Positions 50,738-60,209 of a DNA stretch of 61,433 nt are shown here, one piece after another (position 1 is the first letter of the stretch; each line of letters opens with the position of its first letter). The position numbers were made by a program, and so were the translations under genes. The notes beneath the pieces are model-generated. The model was given only the letters and a program-made list of their open reading frames with translations, ran no database searches and was not told the origin of the DNA. Source of the DNA: a virus (Duplodnaviria; Caudoviricetes); the IMG/VR virus record IMGVR_UViG_3300032307_000254, positions 1 through 61,433 of that record. The stretch is one strand, 5' to 3'.

Positions 50738-51103
50738 TTACGACGCGGTGGTAACGGCAATCCAAGTGGTGCCGCCGTCCGACACGTACATGCGAGTCGA
50801 GGCCGAGCTGCCGTCGCTGCGCAGGTAGAGCGAGCCCTTGGCGGCGGTCACGGTCGGAGCACCCGAACCGAAGTAGACGCCCATGCCAGCGGCAGTGTTG
50901 GTGCCGATGAAAGCAGCTGCGCCACCAGCGACGAGCGCCGAAGCACTGCGTGCGGTAACCGTGCCAGTTGCGGCGACAGAGGTCACCGAGGTGGCAGCGC
51001 CGAAGGTGCCCGTGACGGTCACAGCACCGGTGCTGGGGTTGATCGAGATGGTCTGGAAGCCGTTCTCAGAACGAACGGGGCCATTGAACGTGGTATTCGC
51101 CAT
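50738..51103 (-). CDS. small virion protein downstream of the capsid gene
   Basis: MANTTFNGPVRSENGF; GSGAPT...GSLYLR. Confidence 0.7.
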   Translation of the reverse strand: MANTTFNGPVRSENGFQTISINPSTGAVTVTGTFGAATSVTSVAATGTVTARSASALVAGGAAAFIGTNTAAGMGVYFGSGAPTVTAAKGSLYLRSDGSSASTRMYVSDGGTTWIAVTTAS

Positions 51104-51116
51104 GATCTTTCTCCGT

Positions 51117-51183
51117 GTAGCAGCACAACCTCACACCGTCTCTGCTACGTCTGCTAGGCCAGTCGGTGCGAGTAAAACCCTAG
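51117..51183 (-). ncRNA. pseudoknotted RNA element downstream of the gpT-like capsid gene (candidate Mu-gpT-DE-type motif)
   Basis: Three interleaved helices: CUAGG/CCUAG, CUCGCACCG/CGGUGUGAG, GUAGCA/UGCUAC; ends just before the next SD. Confidence 0.55.
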
Positions 51184-51201
51184 TTGCGTATGGATAACAC
51201 C

Positions 51202-51239
51202 AAAAAGAAAAGAGGGGAAGCAGTTTCCCGCTTCCCCTC
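51202..51239 (-). terminator. intrinsic terminator after the major capsid gene
   Basis: GAGGGGAAGC stem (10 bp) followed by UUUUCUUUUU on the - strand. Confidence 0.85.
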
Positions 51240-51250
51240 CCCCTGTTTCC

Positions 51251-52162
51251 TTAGGCAGCGCCTTCGGAACCGTACATGCCCAATGGGTCGGACCAGCCGA
51301 AGCTGTAACGCTCACGGGCCTTGTAGCGAACGTTGCCGGTGTCGAAGTCACCGTCCATGCTGTTCTGCATGGGCGTACGCACGAAGTGCTTGAGGCCGTT
51401 CGGCACGTCGGTGGTCAGGAACCACGCGTCGGTGTCGGTCAGGAAGTGGTTAACGGTGTAACCTTCCGGGATCGAGCCGTTCGACTTCAGAGCGTTGATG
51501 TCGTTGTCGGCGGTCGCCGTGCGGAGTTCAGTCTCCAGCAGGCGGGTCGCAACGAACATCAGGCTCGGCGGCACGACGAGCTTACGCGGCTTCGCCGCGA
51601 TGAGCAGGCCACGTTCATCCGTCCACGCCGCGATCTGAATGACAGCCGCTTCAAGCGACGTTTCGTTCAGGTCAGCCGGGGTGCTGGGGATGTTCGAGTT
51701 GGTGCCACCAGAGACCAGCGGGTGAGCGCTCGAAAACAGCGGCTGACCGTCGCCACCGGGATAATCGGTGTCGAAGCCGTTGTTGAGGACCGCAGCAGCC
51801 TTGGTCTGCTTCGTGTAGGCCATGGCACGAGCCAGAGCCTTGGTGTACCGCGACGACAGCGAGTCGTAGAGGTTGTCTTCGATGGCTTCTTCCGTGAGCG
51901 AGAACCCGAGGGCAATCGTCTCATGGTTGTAGCGAGCCGTGAAGACTTCCTGCGCGTTGTCGTAGGCGATGGCCGAACCTTCGTTCTTCACCGGCGCAGC
52001 CGAGAAGCCCGAGAGCTTGGTTTCTTCTTCGAACGAACGCTCGGAGGTCTCCGTCTCGAAGATTTCCTTGTGCTCTTCGCCGTAGCGGGCATACTCCAGA
52101 CCGAACAAGGCGTTCAGGCCGGGCAGAAGCTCCTTGAGGAGTTGTGCGCGTGAAATTGCCAT
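51251..52162 (-). CDS. major capsid protein (Mu gpT-like, HK97 fold)
   Basis: MAISRAQLLKELLPGLNALFG, KNEG.AI.YD, DGQPLFS..HP, RYKARERYSFG; strong RBS and terminator. Confidence 0.85.
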   Translation of the reverse strand: MAISRAQLLKELLPGLNALFGLEYARYGEEHKEIFETETSERSFEEETKLSGFSAAPVKNEGSAIAYDNAQEVFTARYNHETIALGFSLTEEAIEDNLYDSLSSRYTKALARAMAYTKQTKAAAVLNNGFDTDYPGGDGQPLFSSAHPLVSGGTNSNIPSTPADLNETSLEAAVIQIAAWTDERGLLIAAKPRKLVVPPSLMFVATRLLETELRTATADNDINALKSNGSIPEGYTVNHFLTDTDAWFLTTDVPNGLKHFVRTPMQNSMDGDFDTGNVRYKARERYSFGWSDPLGMYGSEGAA

Positions 52163-52174
52163 TGCTCAGTCTCC

Positions 52175-52792
52175 TTATGCGAGGCCAGTGGGGTTGAGGT
52201 ACTGGTGCATGCCCTGATTCCACTTGACGATGACCTCGGTGTAAGAACCGGGGTTACCCGCCAGAGCGGTAGCAGGAACAACGTCCACCACGCGGATCGG
52301 CCACGTCGAGGTAGTACCTTCGGTCGAGTCAACACCGACCTTCGAGTTACCCGTGATGGTCGAACCGACGTTGTTCGCGCCGTTAGCCAGCTTGACGTTC
52401 GAGCCGACAGCAGCCTGAGTCAGGAAGCTGACGGTGTTCGAGTTGGTGCCAGCGCAGACGGCAACCTTGAACAGGGCATCCGGGTCGTCGAGGACATAAG
52501 CCTGAACGTCGGTGATGTTCGTGGTGCCGGGGTAGTACTGGCGGAAGGTCTTACCAAACACCGGATCGGTGTAGGTGCAACCAAGGAAGACGCCAACCGG
52601 AGTAGCAGCGTCAGTGCCGGTGTCCTTGCCAACCGTACCACCAGCCAGCAGCTTCACGACGTCACCATAGAAGATGGCCGTCGAGGAGTTGGTGGCGATG
52701 GGCAGAAGGCGAGTCGAACCAGCAAACACCTGCCCACCGATCAGGTTGATCGGGATCAGCCCGTAGGGGCTGTCAACAGAAGGATATGCCAT
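52175..52792 (-). CDS. capsid-associated (cement/decoration-like) protein
   Basis: PYGL.P, IFYGD.V, GVFLGC.Y, DDPD..F; directly upstream of the capsid gene. Confidence 0.65.
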   Translation of the reverse strand: MAYPSVDSPYGLIPINLIGGQVFAGSTRLLPIATNSSTAIFYGDVVKLLAGGTVGKDTGTDAATPVGVFLGCTYTDPVFGKTFRQYYPGTTNITDVQAYVLDDPDALFKVAVCAGTNSNTVSFLTQAAVGSNVKLANGANNVGSTITGNSKVGVDSTEGTTSTWPIRVVDVVPATALAGNPGSYTEVIVKWNQGMHQYLNPTGLA

Positions 52793-52806
52793 AGTCTAGC
52801 TCCTAG

Positions 52807-53256
52807 CTATTTGCCTTTGCCAAACGACGTAGTCGAACGCTTCTCCCGGAAGAGCGGCATGCGGCTGTCGTTTTCTCTCATGAAGTTGTTGTCCACCGAT
52901 TCGATCTGGGCACGGTTCTTGTTGGCAAAAAACTGCCGACGCTGATCCATGAACTCAGTCGGAATCTTGCAGAGCAGCAACCCGCCGATTTCGATGTTGT
53001 CCTTAAAGCGACTGTTGGGGTCGGCTAGGAAGCTGAGCTTCGGCTGCTCTTCCACCCGTACCGGTTCCCATCCTTCACGGAACTTGGCTGAGACGTTCTT
53101 GGCGTCTGTCTGCTCCATCGCAGAGGTGCGAATCCACCTGTAGGCGTATCCGGGCTGGCGATCAGGCTCAGGGAGCCCTCCTGCCGGTGCCCACGATTCC
53201 GGGCGGTTCGTACTCGTGCGGCTTTCGTGCTCGCGTGCAACTCTAGTTTCTGCCAT
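52807..53256 (-). CDS. conserved head-module protein
   Basis: GYAYRWIR...REGWEPV...GGLLLCKIP. Confidence 0.7.
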   Translation of the reverse strand: MAETRVAREHESRTSTNRPESWAPAGGLPEPDRQPGYAYRWIRTSAMEQTDAKNVSAKFREGWEPVRVEEQPKLSFLADPNSRFKDNIEIGGLLLCKIPTEFMDQRRQFFANKNRAQIESVDNNFMRENDSRMPLFREKRSTTSFGKGK

Positions 53257-53258
53257 TT

Positions 53259-54203
53259 TCAACGCTCCATCTTCAACATTTCACGAGCATACTGCTCGGG
53301 GGTCAGGCCCAGTTTCTTCGCAATGGCGATCTGGGACTGCTTCAGCACGATCTTCTTGGGGGATGTGCTACGAGAAGCTGGTGCGACTACATTAGCAGGC
53401 TTAGAGGCGCGTTGAGCCTTCGCAGTGCCTTCGGTCGCTTTGTCTTCCCCGAAATACTCAGGGAAGCGACGGCGCATCGTTGTGTCGATGGCGCTCCAGT
53501 ATTCGTCGGAGCCCACGAACTGCGGGCCACGTTCTCGTTCGAGCTTCTGGTGTAGCCCGAGAGCAGATGCCGTCATCTCAGGATCAGTACCCCACCACGT
53601 ATTGCGCTCTTGCCACGCCATGGTCTTGGAGTCAGGCTGAGGAATCTGGACCTGCTGTTGCGGAAGTTGTACCTCGTCCTCTACACCTTGTAAAGTAGGA
53701 CGATAGCTTGCGAGCTGCTGGAGCTTGTACTGCGCCTGCGCCAGTTTCTCCTGCGCCTCAATAACCTTGTCGGTGTCCGCAGCCTCATAGGCGTCACGGT
53801 AGGCCCGACGGGCTTCGGCAAGCTCATACTCAGCGGTCTGCTTGAAGCTACCAACCAGCGTCTGCTCACCCTCGGACAGGGTGGACTTGAGGCGGCGGTT
53901 CTCGTCGAGCAGCCGCTGCGCAGCAGCAAGGGCTTCGGCCTGTTCACGCTGAACGCGCTCTTTCTCGCGCCGCTCGTCGTGCCAGACCTTCTTCATCTGC
54001 TTCAGGCGCAGCTTGACCTTCTCGGAGTATTCTTCGAGCTCGTCAGCTTCGAGTTCGTCAACGATCTCCTTCGGCATGGGCTCACGCCCACGGTCTTCCT
54101 CCGGGGTATCGTCTTCGACGTCGATCTCAGGCTCATTGGAAACAGGGGTGGTCTCGTCCTCGATCTCGAACGAGAAGTCGTCGTCATTCGGCTGGGTAGC
54201 CAT
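53259..54203 (-). CDS. putative capsid scaffolding protein
   Basis: Acidic N-terminus, long coiled coil, C-terminal IAKKLGLTPEQYA. Confidence 0.7.
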   Translation of the reverse strand: MATQPNDDDFSFEIEDETTPVSNEPEIDVEDDTPEEDRGREPMPKEIVDELEADELEEYSEKVKLRLKQMKKVWHDERREKERVQREQAEALAAAQRLLDENRRLKSTLSEGEQTLVGSFKQTAEYELAEARRAYRDAYEAADTDKVIEAQEKLAQAQYKLQQLASYRPTLQGVEDEVQLPQQQVQIPQPDSKTMAWQERNTWWGTDPEMTASALGLHQKLERERGPQFVGSDEYWSAIDTTMRRRFPEYFGEDKATEGTAKAQRASKPANVVAPASRSTSPKKIVLKQSQIAIAKKLGLTPEQYAREMLKMER

Positions 54204-54232
54204 GGTCTTCTCCTTTGTACGGGTTACGCCCG

Positions 54233-54643
54233 TTAAGCGCGGGAAATGCCCCGGGGGTCTTCGACAACAGCCTCAACCGCGTCATCGTTGATGATGCGGA
54301 ACTGGCGTCCATGGATCACGACACGGGTACCGGCGTGCGGGCGGACGAGGATAAAGTCCCCTTCCTTGCACCACGGGCCAGTCGGGAACCGCTTCTCGTC
54401 CTTGTAACAGTCGGGGCCGAGCTTTGCGGCGTACAGCACCGTTGCCAGCAGCTCTTCATGCCGGATGGTTTCATCTGCCTTGATAATGCCGCCGTCAGTC
54501 ACCTTCTCGATGTCCGGGATAGCGCACAGAATGCGATAGCCCGACGGTTCGGGAAGCATCTTGGCCCGTTCTTCTACGGGGAGCTCGGAGGCAGCGCCGA
54601 CCTTTGGGATCGGGCGACCGGCGAGGTCTACGAGATTAGTCAT
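54233..54643 (-). CDS. GroES-like co-chaperonin
   Basis: P.GYRIL...T.GGII...GP.CY...PWCKEGD...RIINDD; GGAGGA RBS before ATG 54643. Confidence 0.8.
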   Translation of the reverse strand: MTNLVDLAGRPIPKVGAASELPVEERAKMLPEPSGYRILCAIPDIEKVTDGGIIKADETIRHEELLATVLYAAKLGPDCYKDEKRFPTGPWCKEGDFILVRPHAGTRVVIHGRQFRIINDDAVEAVVEDPRGISRA

Positions 54644-54830
54644 CGTCTTCCTCCATCCGCTTTGCGGTGTCTGCGAAGAACGCATTTGAGATCATGAGCC
54701 CACGGATGATGCCGCAGGTGTACTTGTACTCGCCATGATCCTTGGCTTTGCCGAGGGCGAGATCGTCGCTAAGCACGGCAATCTCGTCCTGTACCTTCTT
54801 TGTTAGGTACTGGAGTAGGTCGTTGGTCAT
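54636..54830 (-). CDS. small conserved protein after the portal
   Basis: Coupled ORF; EYK..CG.IRGL. Confidence 0.65.
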   Translation of the reverse strand: MTNDLLQYLTKKVQDEIAVLSDDLALGKAKDHGEYKYTCGIIRGLMISNAFFADTAKRMEEDDD

Positions 54831-57313
54831 TCAGGCTCCTCTGGCTGCTGGGTTGGGGAAACAGGGGGTTGCTCTTGCATCTGGAGCTGGTCGCGGGCGA
54901 TCTCGACGCCCATACGAAGTCCCTCCATTTGCTCCTTGGCGGACAGGTTGGCCTGATCCGTTGCCATCTTGGCCCCCACTTGGAGGCCAGCGATTTCTTG
55001 CTGAGAGGCGATGCGCTTCTCTTCGAGTTCGATACGGTCTGCCTTGTCGGCAGCCTCGATCTGGAGCTTCTGTTTCTTGAGTTCGAGCTCGCCTTGTTTG
55101 ATCTGGAGCTCAGCCTGCTGCATCTGCACGATGGGGTCTTGGGCCATCTGCTGCGCCTGCTGCGCCTGCGCCTCGGCTTGGTTCTTCTGGAGCAGCTGCG
55201 CTGCGGCAGCGGCAGCCAGACGCGAAACCGCCAGCTCGGTGCTCTCATCCATCTCGGCATCAGGCGGAGGCAGCGGCACACCGGCCTGCTGCTCGATCTG
55301 ACGGCGATACTCGAACGCCAAGTGCTCAGCGATGTGGGCGTTCATGGCAGCCATCATGGCTTGCGCGTTGGGGTTCTGCCCCATCAGCTCAGCGACCTTC
55401 GGGTCCTGCATGGCCGACATGTGGACCATGATGTGGGCTTCGTGGTCTTGGTAGATGAACGCCTTCACGGGCTTGCCGTTGATGACGTCCATGTTCTCGC
55501 TGACCGGGTCACGCGGCTTCATCTCGTCACCGTCCTTGAGCGGCACGAGCTTCTCGGCGTTCTTGATGCCCAGCACCTCCAGCATCTGCCGGTGCAGGTA
55601 GGGCAGGTCGTACAGCTGCGGCGCACCCTGCGCCAGCTGGATAACCGCCTGATATTGCACGATTTTCTGCGCCATGGTGGCGGCGTTGGGGTCCGACACC
55701 GGGATGACGTTGACCCGGTCGTAGTCGGACTTCTTGGCCTTACGGTCGCCTTCTTCCGGTTCGTAGCTGTACGTATCGGGCGTATAGTCGCGGATGATGG
55801 CCTTGAGGAGGCGGAACTCCTGCTTCATCGAATAGTGGACGCGGGCCTGCACAGCCGACATGATCTTGAGCGTGCGCTCAAGGATGGCCAGCGTCGTACC
55901 CACTGGGGCCTGCGCCGACATGTCGCTGATCTTCATATCCGCAGCCGAGGCGAACCGACGGCCTTCCTCAACGATGGTGTTGAGGAGCGAATAGAGGACT
56001 TGGCTCGGCTCCTTGTAGGGGAGCGGCATGATGTTGTCGCGCATTGTACCCGATGCAACGTCAACATCACGCCACTCGGCGGGCGCGATTGGGGTGTCGT
56101 CGCCCTTCACCCGGAGCCCCTTGGTCTTGAAGCCGCCCGGGAGATTGCTCAGAGTGCCCGCATCGACCAACTGGCGGATGAGGCTGGTGCCCGACTTGGC
56201 GAAGGCACCGATCAGGTGGATGAGGCCGAAGGCATAGAAGCCGAAGCCCGGGATGTAGGCGTAGTGGACGAAGTGGTTGCGCTTCGCCTTCTTCTCGTCA
56301 TCCGGGTTCCAGTTGCGCCGGATGGCCAGCACGGTCTGCGTGGCCTTGTCGATGGTCACCACATAGGGCACCGCGATCTCGGCAGCAGCCTCTTCCTTGG
56401 CCATCTTGTCGTCTGGCAGCACCAGATCGACGTGCATCTCCAGCAGCTTGTACCGGTCGTCACTGGTCGCCCGGAAGCCCATCTTCTCAGCGATGGCCTT
56501 CTCAACCTCATCGAGCGTATCGACTGGCTCAGGAAGATCGACATCGCGGTAGAAGCCCGACGCCTGTAGCTTGTTCAGCTCGTTGACGGTCTTGCGCATG
56601 ACGTGGGTCACGCGACCGGCAGTCTCCAGACTGGATGCGCCATAGGGCACCACGACGTCTTCAGCCGGGATGTACATCGCGGTCTGGCGTTCCAGCGACG
56701 GGTCGTAATACACCTTCTTGAAGGCATTACCCGCGAGGCCCAGACCCCACAGCATCCGCTCGTGCTCGGGCCGATACTCGACCATCACGTCGGTGAGCTG
56801 GTAGTTCATATCGTCTTGGACGCGGGCAGCAGCCTCGCGGGTCTCCGGCGTCTCCCTGCCGATGATCTCTGTCCTGACCGGCCCCTGCGCGGGGAAGGTC
56901 TCCATCATGGTCTCAGCTTGGAACTTAACCAGCGCTTCGGAGAGGAGCGGGTGGTAGACACCGCACGCACCGGGCCACGGCTCGGTCCGGTCCTCGACCT
57001 TCATGCCGAGCAGCTCAAGGCCATCGACGTATGTCTGTATCCAGTCCTTGCGGCTGGAGATGTCGTCCTCAAAGTCCCCGAGCAAGTCCCCGGCCAGCTC
57101 AGTGAGCTGCCCCTCGTCCATGTCTTCGGCCAAGTTCTTGTTGAACTCGTCCTCGTCCACCTCGTCGGGGTCGATCTCGATCTCCATGTCGCCTGCGCGG
57201 ATGGTGACCTCTTCAGGGTCCTCGATCTCGATCTCCAGCGCGGGCTCGTCGTCCATGAAGTCTTCGGGCGAGAAGCCACGCGGGGCTTGGTTCAGGGCCT
57301 TGTCGATGTCCAT
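54827..57313 (-). CDS. portal protein
   Basis: 828 aa after terminase; PWPGA.GV.HP, GFGFY..GLIH, Gln-rich C-terminal barrel-like coil. Confidence 0.85.
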   Translation of the reverse strand: MDIDKALNQAPRGFSPEDFMDDEPALEIEIEDPEEVTIRAGDMEIEIDPDEVDEDEFNKNLAEDMDEGQLTELAGDLLGDFEDDISSRKDWIQTYVDGLELLGMKVEDRTEPWPGACGVYHPLLSEALVKFQAETMMETFPAQGPVRTEIIGRETPETREAAARVQDDMNYQLTDVMVEYRPEHERMLWGLGLAGNAFKKVYYDPSLERQTAMYIPAEDVVVPYGASSLETAGRVTHVMRKTVNELNKLQASGFYRDVDLPEPVDTLDEVEKAIAEKMGFRATSDDRYKLLEMHVDLVLPDDKMAKEEAAAEIAVPYVVTIDKATQTVLAIRRNWNPDDEKKAKRNHFVHYAYIPGFGFYAFGLIHLIGAFAKSGTSLIRQLVDAGTLSNLPGGFKTKGLRVKGDDTPIAPAEWRDVDVASGTMRDNIMPLPYKEPSQVLYSLLNTIVEEGRRFASAADMKISDMSAQAPVGTTLAILERTLKIMSAVQARVHYSMKQEFRLLKAIIRDYTPDTYSYEPEEGDRKAKKSDYDRVNVIPVSDPNAATMAQKIVQYQAVIQLAQGAPQLYDLPYLHRQMLEVLGIKNAEKLVPLKDGDEMKPRDPVSENMDVINGKPVKAFIYQDHEAHIMVHMSAMQDPKVAELMGQNPNAQAMMAAMNAHIAEHLAFEYRRQIEQQAGVPLPPPDAEMDESTELAVSRLAAAAAAQLLQKNQAEAQAQQAQQMAQDPIVQMQQAELQIKQGELELKKQKLQIEAADKADRIELEEKRIASQQEIAGLQVGAKMATDQANLSAKEQMEGLRMGVEIARDQLQMQEQPPVSPTQQPEEPE

Positions 57314-57595
57314 TTACTTGCCCTTCTTCGGCTTCACGGCGCGGGCCACGGTCTTGGCGACGGCGACGACGGGAGCGACGCTTGTGGCTACGCTGGCCAC
57401 GGTAGTGGCGACATCTGCGACGTCCTCGATCACATCGAGCACGTTTTTCTTCTTGGCAGCCTGCGTCTGGTTCGCGCCTTGGATAGCGTCGGCGTACGGG
57501 ACACCTGCTGCACGGGCCTCATTGAAGGCGGTGCGCTGGGTATCGTTCCACTTGCGCCACTGGGTTTTGCCGATGGGGAAAAGCGCCTTGACCAT
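57314..57595 (-). CDS. hypothetical protein between terminase and portal
   Basis: TAATG overlap with terminase; Val/Ala-rich amphipathic C-terminus. Confidence 0.6.
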   Translation of the reverse strand: MVKALFPIGKTQWRKWNDTQRTAFNEARAAGVPYADAIQGANQTQAAKKKNVLDVIEDVADVATTVASVATSVAPVVAVAKTVARAVKPKKGK

Positions 57596-59148
57596 TAGTA
57601 GTACCCCTGATGTCTGTTGGACTTGAAATACACGGGATCATCTTCTGCGTCTAGCGCAGTAGTCACATATCCGCCCTTGCGGAACCTGTGCATCGCCATG
57701 GACACGGTATCGACATAGTCGTCGTGCTCGCCGCCCGGGAAGCTGGCCACCTCGTCGATGACCTCTTCAGCCCAGTGGGTGCCCGGTGCCCAGACGCGCC
57801 CGGAGGCGAAAAGGTCGGAGACCGCGTTGAGACGGCTGATCTTGTCGTTACCCCTCGTCGGGGTGAACTCCTGCACCGGTATGCCCATGGCCCGCATCTC
57901 GTAGATGAGCGGCGCACCCGATGCCTTCTTTTCGATGATAACGCTGTCCGGGTCCCAGTCCCGGTACTCCTCAATGGCCGTGCGCTTCAGCGTCGGGAAC
58001 TCCATGCGGTCCCGGAACGCGTTGAGGAGGATGATATTGGCCTGCTCGATGCCGTTGTCGTCTGGGTGGTAGAACACGCCCCATGTGGTGCACGCCGAAT
58101 AGTCGGCTCGCTGCGTCTTCTCGAAGGCCGTATCCCAGCTCTGGAGGATGAATTCGCACTGTGGCGGGTCGTCACGCTCCCACGTCTTCCACCACTCGCG
58201 CTTCACGATGGCGCTCTGATCCCCGGTCGGGTTCTGCTGGTACTGCGCCATCCACTTCGAGTTGGGCAGTTCTTCCTTGAGGGCCGCAAGCTCCTTGAGG
58301 CTCCAGAACTCGGGCCACAGGGGCTGCCCGGAGGGCAAAAGCGCAGGAAATTCAATGACTTCCCACTCGTCACCACCGCGCTGAGCGGCACTTTTGAGCA
58401 CCTGAGCGGTCAGATCGCGCTTCGACCAGCGCGTCATCACGATGACGATGGCCCCACCCGGCTGGAGACGCTGACGCGGACCCGATGTGTACCACTCGTA
58501 GGTCTTGTCGTAGATGTCCGGGTTGATTTCCGCGAGCGCAGCCTCCTGCTCGCTGTGCGGGTCGTCGATGATGAGCACGTCAGCACCCTTACCGGTCACC
58601 GCACCGCCCACACCGATGGCGAAATAGTCACCACCTTTGGACGTGTTCCAGCGGCCAGCCGCCTTCGAGTCTGCGCTCAGGCTCAGATCGGGGAAAATCT
58701 GGTGGTAGACGTCGGTATCGACGAGGTTACGCACCTTACGCCCAAAGCCCACGGCCAATTCCGCCGTGTGCGACGTCTGGATCACCTTCTTCTGGGGAAA
58801 TTTACCCAGAAACCACGCCGGGAGCAGGTAGGAGGCGAATTCGGACTTGGTATGGCGCGGCGGCATGTTGATGATGAGCCGTTTGAGCTCCCCACGTGCC
58901 ACGCGCTCGAACGCATCAGCCATCTTGGCGTGGTGCCGACCCCCGATGAAGGTCGGCCAGACCTCCTGCACGAACGCCATGAACTTATCGCGGCACGCCT
59001 GCCGCCTCTTGAGGTTCTCCAGCTTCTCCAGCTCGGCCAGCAGCTGCTCCTGCTCCGCTAGAGACAACAGAGGCAGAATCTTCGGAATGTCATCAAGGTC
59101 GATCTCGTCGATCACCTGCATGTTGGGGCGACCCACCTTGGCCATCAC
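57595..59148 (-). CDS. terL: terminase large subunit
   Basis: NMPPRHTKS Walker A, IIDDP Walker B, MTRW, YQQNP; RNase H-like SWDTA...HDDYVD. Confidence 0.95.
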   Translation of the reverse strand: MMAKVGRPNMQVIDEIDLDDIPKILPLLSLAEQEQLLAELEKLENLKRRQACRDKFMAFVQEVWPTFIGGRHHAKMADAFERVARGELKRLIINMPPRHTKSEFASYLLPAWFLGKFPQKKVIQTSHTAELAVGFGRKVRNLVDTDVYHQIFPDLSLSADSKAAGRWNTSKGGDYFAIGVGGAVTGKGADVLIIDDPHSEQEAALAEINPDIYDKTYEWYTSGPRQRLQPGGAIVIVMTRWSKRDLTAQVLKSAAQRGGDEWEVIEFPALLPSGQPLWPEFWSLKELAALKEELPNSKWMAQYQQNPTGDQSAIVKREWWKTWERDDPPQCEFILQSWDTAFEKTQRADYSACTTWGVFYHPDDNGIEQANIILLNAFRDRMEFPTLKRTAIEEYRDWDPDSVIIEKKASGAPLIYEMRAMGIPVQEFTPTRGNDKISRLNAVSDLFASGRVWAPGTHWAEEVIDEVASFPGGEHDDYVDTVSMAMHRFRKGGYVTTALDAEDDPVYFKSNRHQGYY

Positions 59149-59741
59149 TCGTCGCCTTCGGCCTCTTCGGCGTCGATTGGCCGCTCGTACACGCCAAGCT
59201 CGTCATCGAGGTCCATACCCGGTGGGGTTACGTCGATCACCTGCGCATTGAGCAGCCGCTTTACCCGCTCCTTGATCGCCGCTTCGAGGGCATCCGGGCT
59301 GTTGTAGTTGATCGTGATCTCGCTGCGCTCATTGAACAGGGCAATATCGCTGTGCTTGCCCAGCAGCTCCAGCGCCTTCAGCTCATACTTGGTCTGGCCG
59401 CAGTTGGCGATTTCCAGCAGCTTATTGGTCAGCGCGGCGCGCACCTGCCCCACGTCGAAGGCGATGTTCTGCCCATAGGTCTTGAGGAAGCCGCTGGCTG
59501 CCAGCGCGGTCGAGTAGTTCTTCAGGGGAGCCGCCTGCTGGCGCTTCGCCACGGCGTCGATCAGGGCTTTTTCACGGTCGTAGGTGACCGGGTCCACTTC
59601 CAGCGGGGCACCAAGCTCCTCCAGCGCCTCAGCGGTGTTCGCCGCCACGGAGATTTCCTCCATGAAATTCTGGGTTTTGTCTGGCTCGATGCTGAACGGT
59701 ACCGGATATTCCGAACTCGGTTCGACTTTTACTCTGGCCAT
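59145..59741 (-). CDS. putative terminase small subunit
   Basis: Directly upstream of terL; LKALELLGK...LF motif; likely start MARVKVE at 59741. Confidence 0.55.
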   Translation of the reverse strand: MARVKVEPSSEYPVPFSIEPDKTQNFMEEISVAANTAEALEELGAPLEVDPVTYDREKALIDAVAKRQQAAPLKNYSTALAASGFLKTYGQNIAFDVGQVRAALTNKLLEIANCGQTKYELKALELLGKHSDIALFNERSEITINYNSPDALEAAIKERVKRLLNAQVIDVTPPGMDLDDELGVYERPIDAEEAEGDE

Positions 59742-59814
59742 GTGGTGCAGCGTCCGGTTTGAGGGAGCAGTAGCGGCTGTGTAACAGCCTACCGGCGTAG
59801 CTGTAAAGGGGAGA

Positions 59815-59890
59815 TGGTCTGGGTGACTGGACTCGAACCAACAACCTCCTGCTCCCAAGGCAGGCGCTCTACCACTTGAGCTACACCCAG
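59815..59890 (-). tRNA. tRNA-Pro (anticodon UGG), CCA encoded
   Basis: 76-nt cloverleaf: CTGGGTG/CACCCAG acceptor, GCTC/GAGC D-arm, CCTGC-CTTGGGA-GCAGG, TTCGAGT T-loop, ACCA end. Confidence 0.93.
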
Positions 59891-59953
59891 ATGCGGGCGC
59901 AGCAAGCTGCACCCTTAGGTCGTCGGTCGAGGCTTCGGCGTGTTCATGGGACT

Positions 59954-59983
59954 TTTATACTACCCGGGGGCTAAACACGTCAA
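59954..59983 (-). promoter_or_regulatory. sigma70-type promoter for the tRNA/late arm
   Basis: - strand TTGACG (59983-59978), 18 nt, TATAAA (59959-59954). Confidence 0.55.
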
Positions 59984-60209
59984 GGTACCATCGACGGGGG
60001 GTGTTTCCTAAGAGCGCGCCAACCAGATGGTGCCACAAAATAAGAGGGGGAGGGGGGTCGGTTTTCAAAGTGCATCGTCGGATGTGCAAAATAGTATGTA
60101 TGTATAGGCGGCCCCACTTCGCGTGGTTTTGGGGGGTGGCGGGTAGGTAGGGTCAAGGTAGGAACAAAAAGCGAACCCTACCCCCGCCCCCTGTTTTTAC
60201 CGCGCCCCC

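Noticed and set aside
54800-59061. Long + strand ORFs (589, 331 and 457 aa) opposite portal and terminase
   Set aside because: Antisense shadows of well-supported genes, with typical reverse-frame composition (L, V, H, D, R rich).
59815-59890. tRNA as a prophage attachment site
   Set aside because: No integrase or duplicated tRNA 3' end in the window, and phage-like genes lie on both sides.
59742-59912. N-terminal extension of ORF 59145..59912
   Set aside because: It runs through the tRNA-Pro gene; the real start is more likely ATG 59741.
59914-59947. Tiny Pro-rich ORF MNTPKPRPTT upstream of tRNA-Pro as an attenuator leader
   Set aside because: No SD, only 10 codons and no alternative terminator structure; likely chance.
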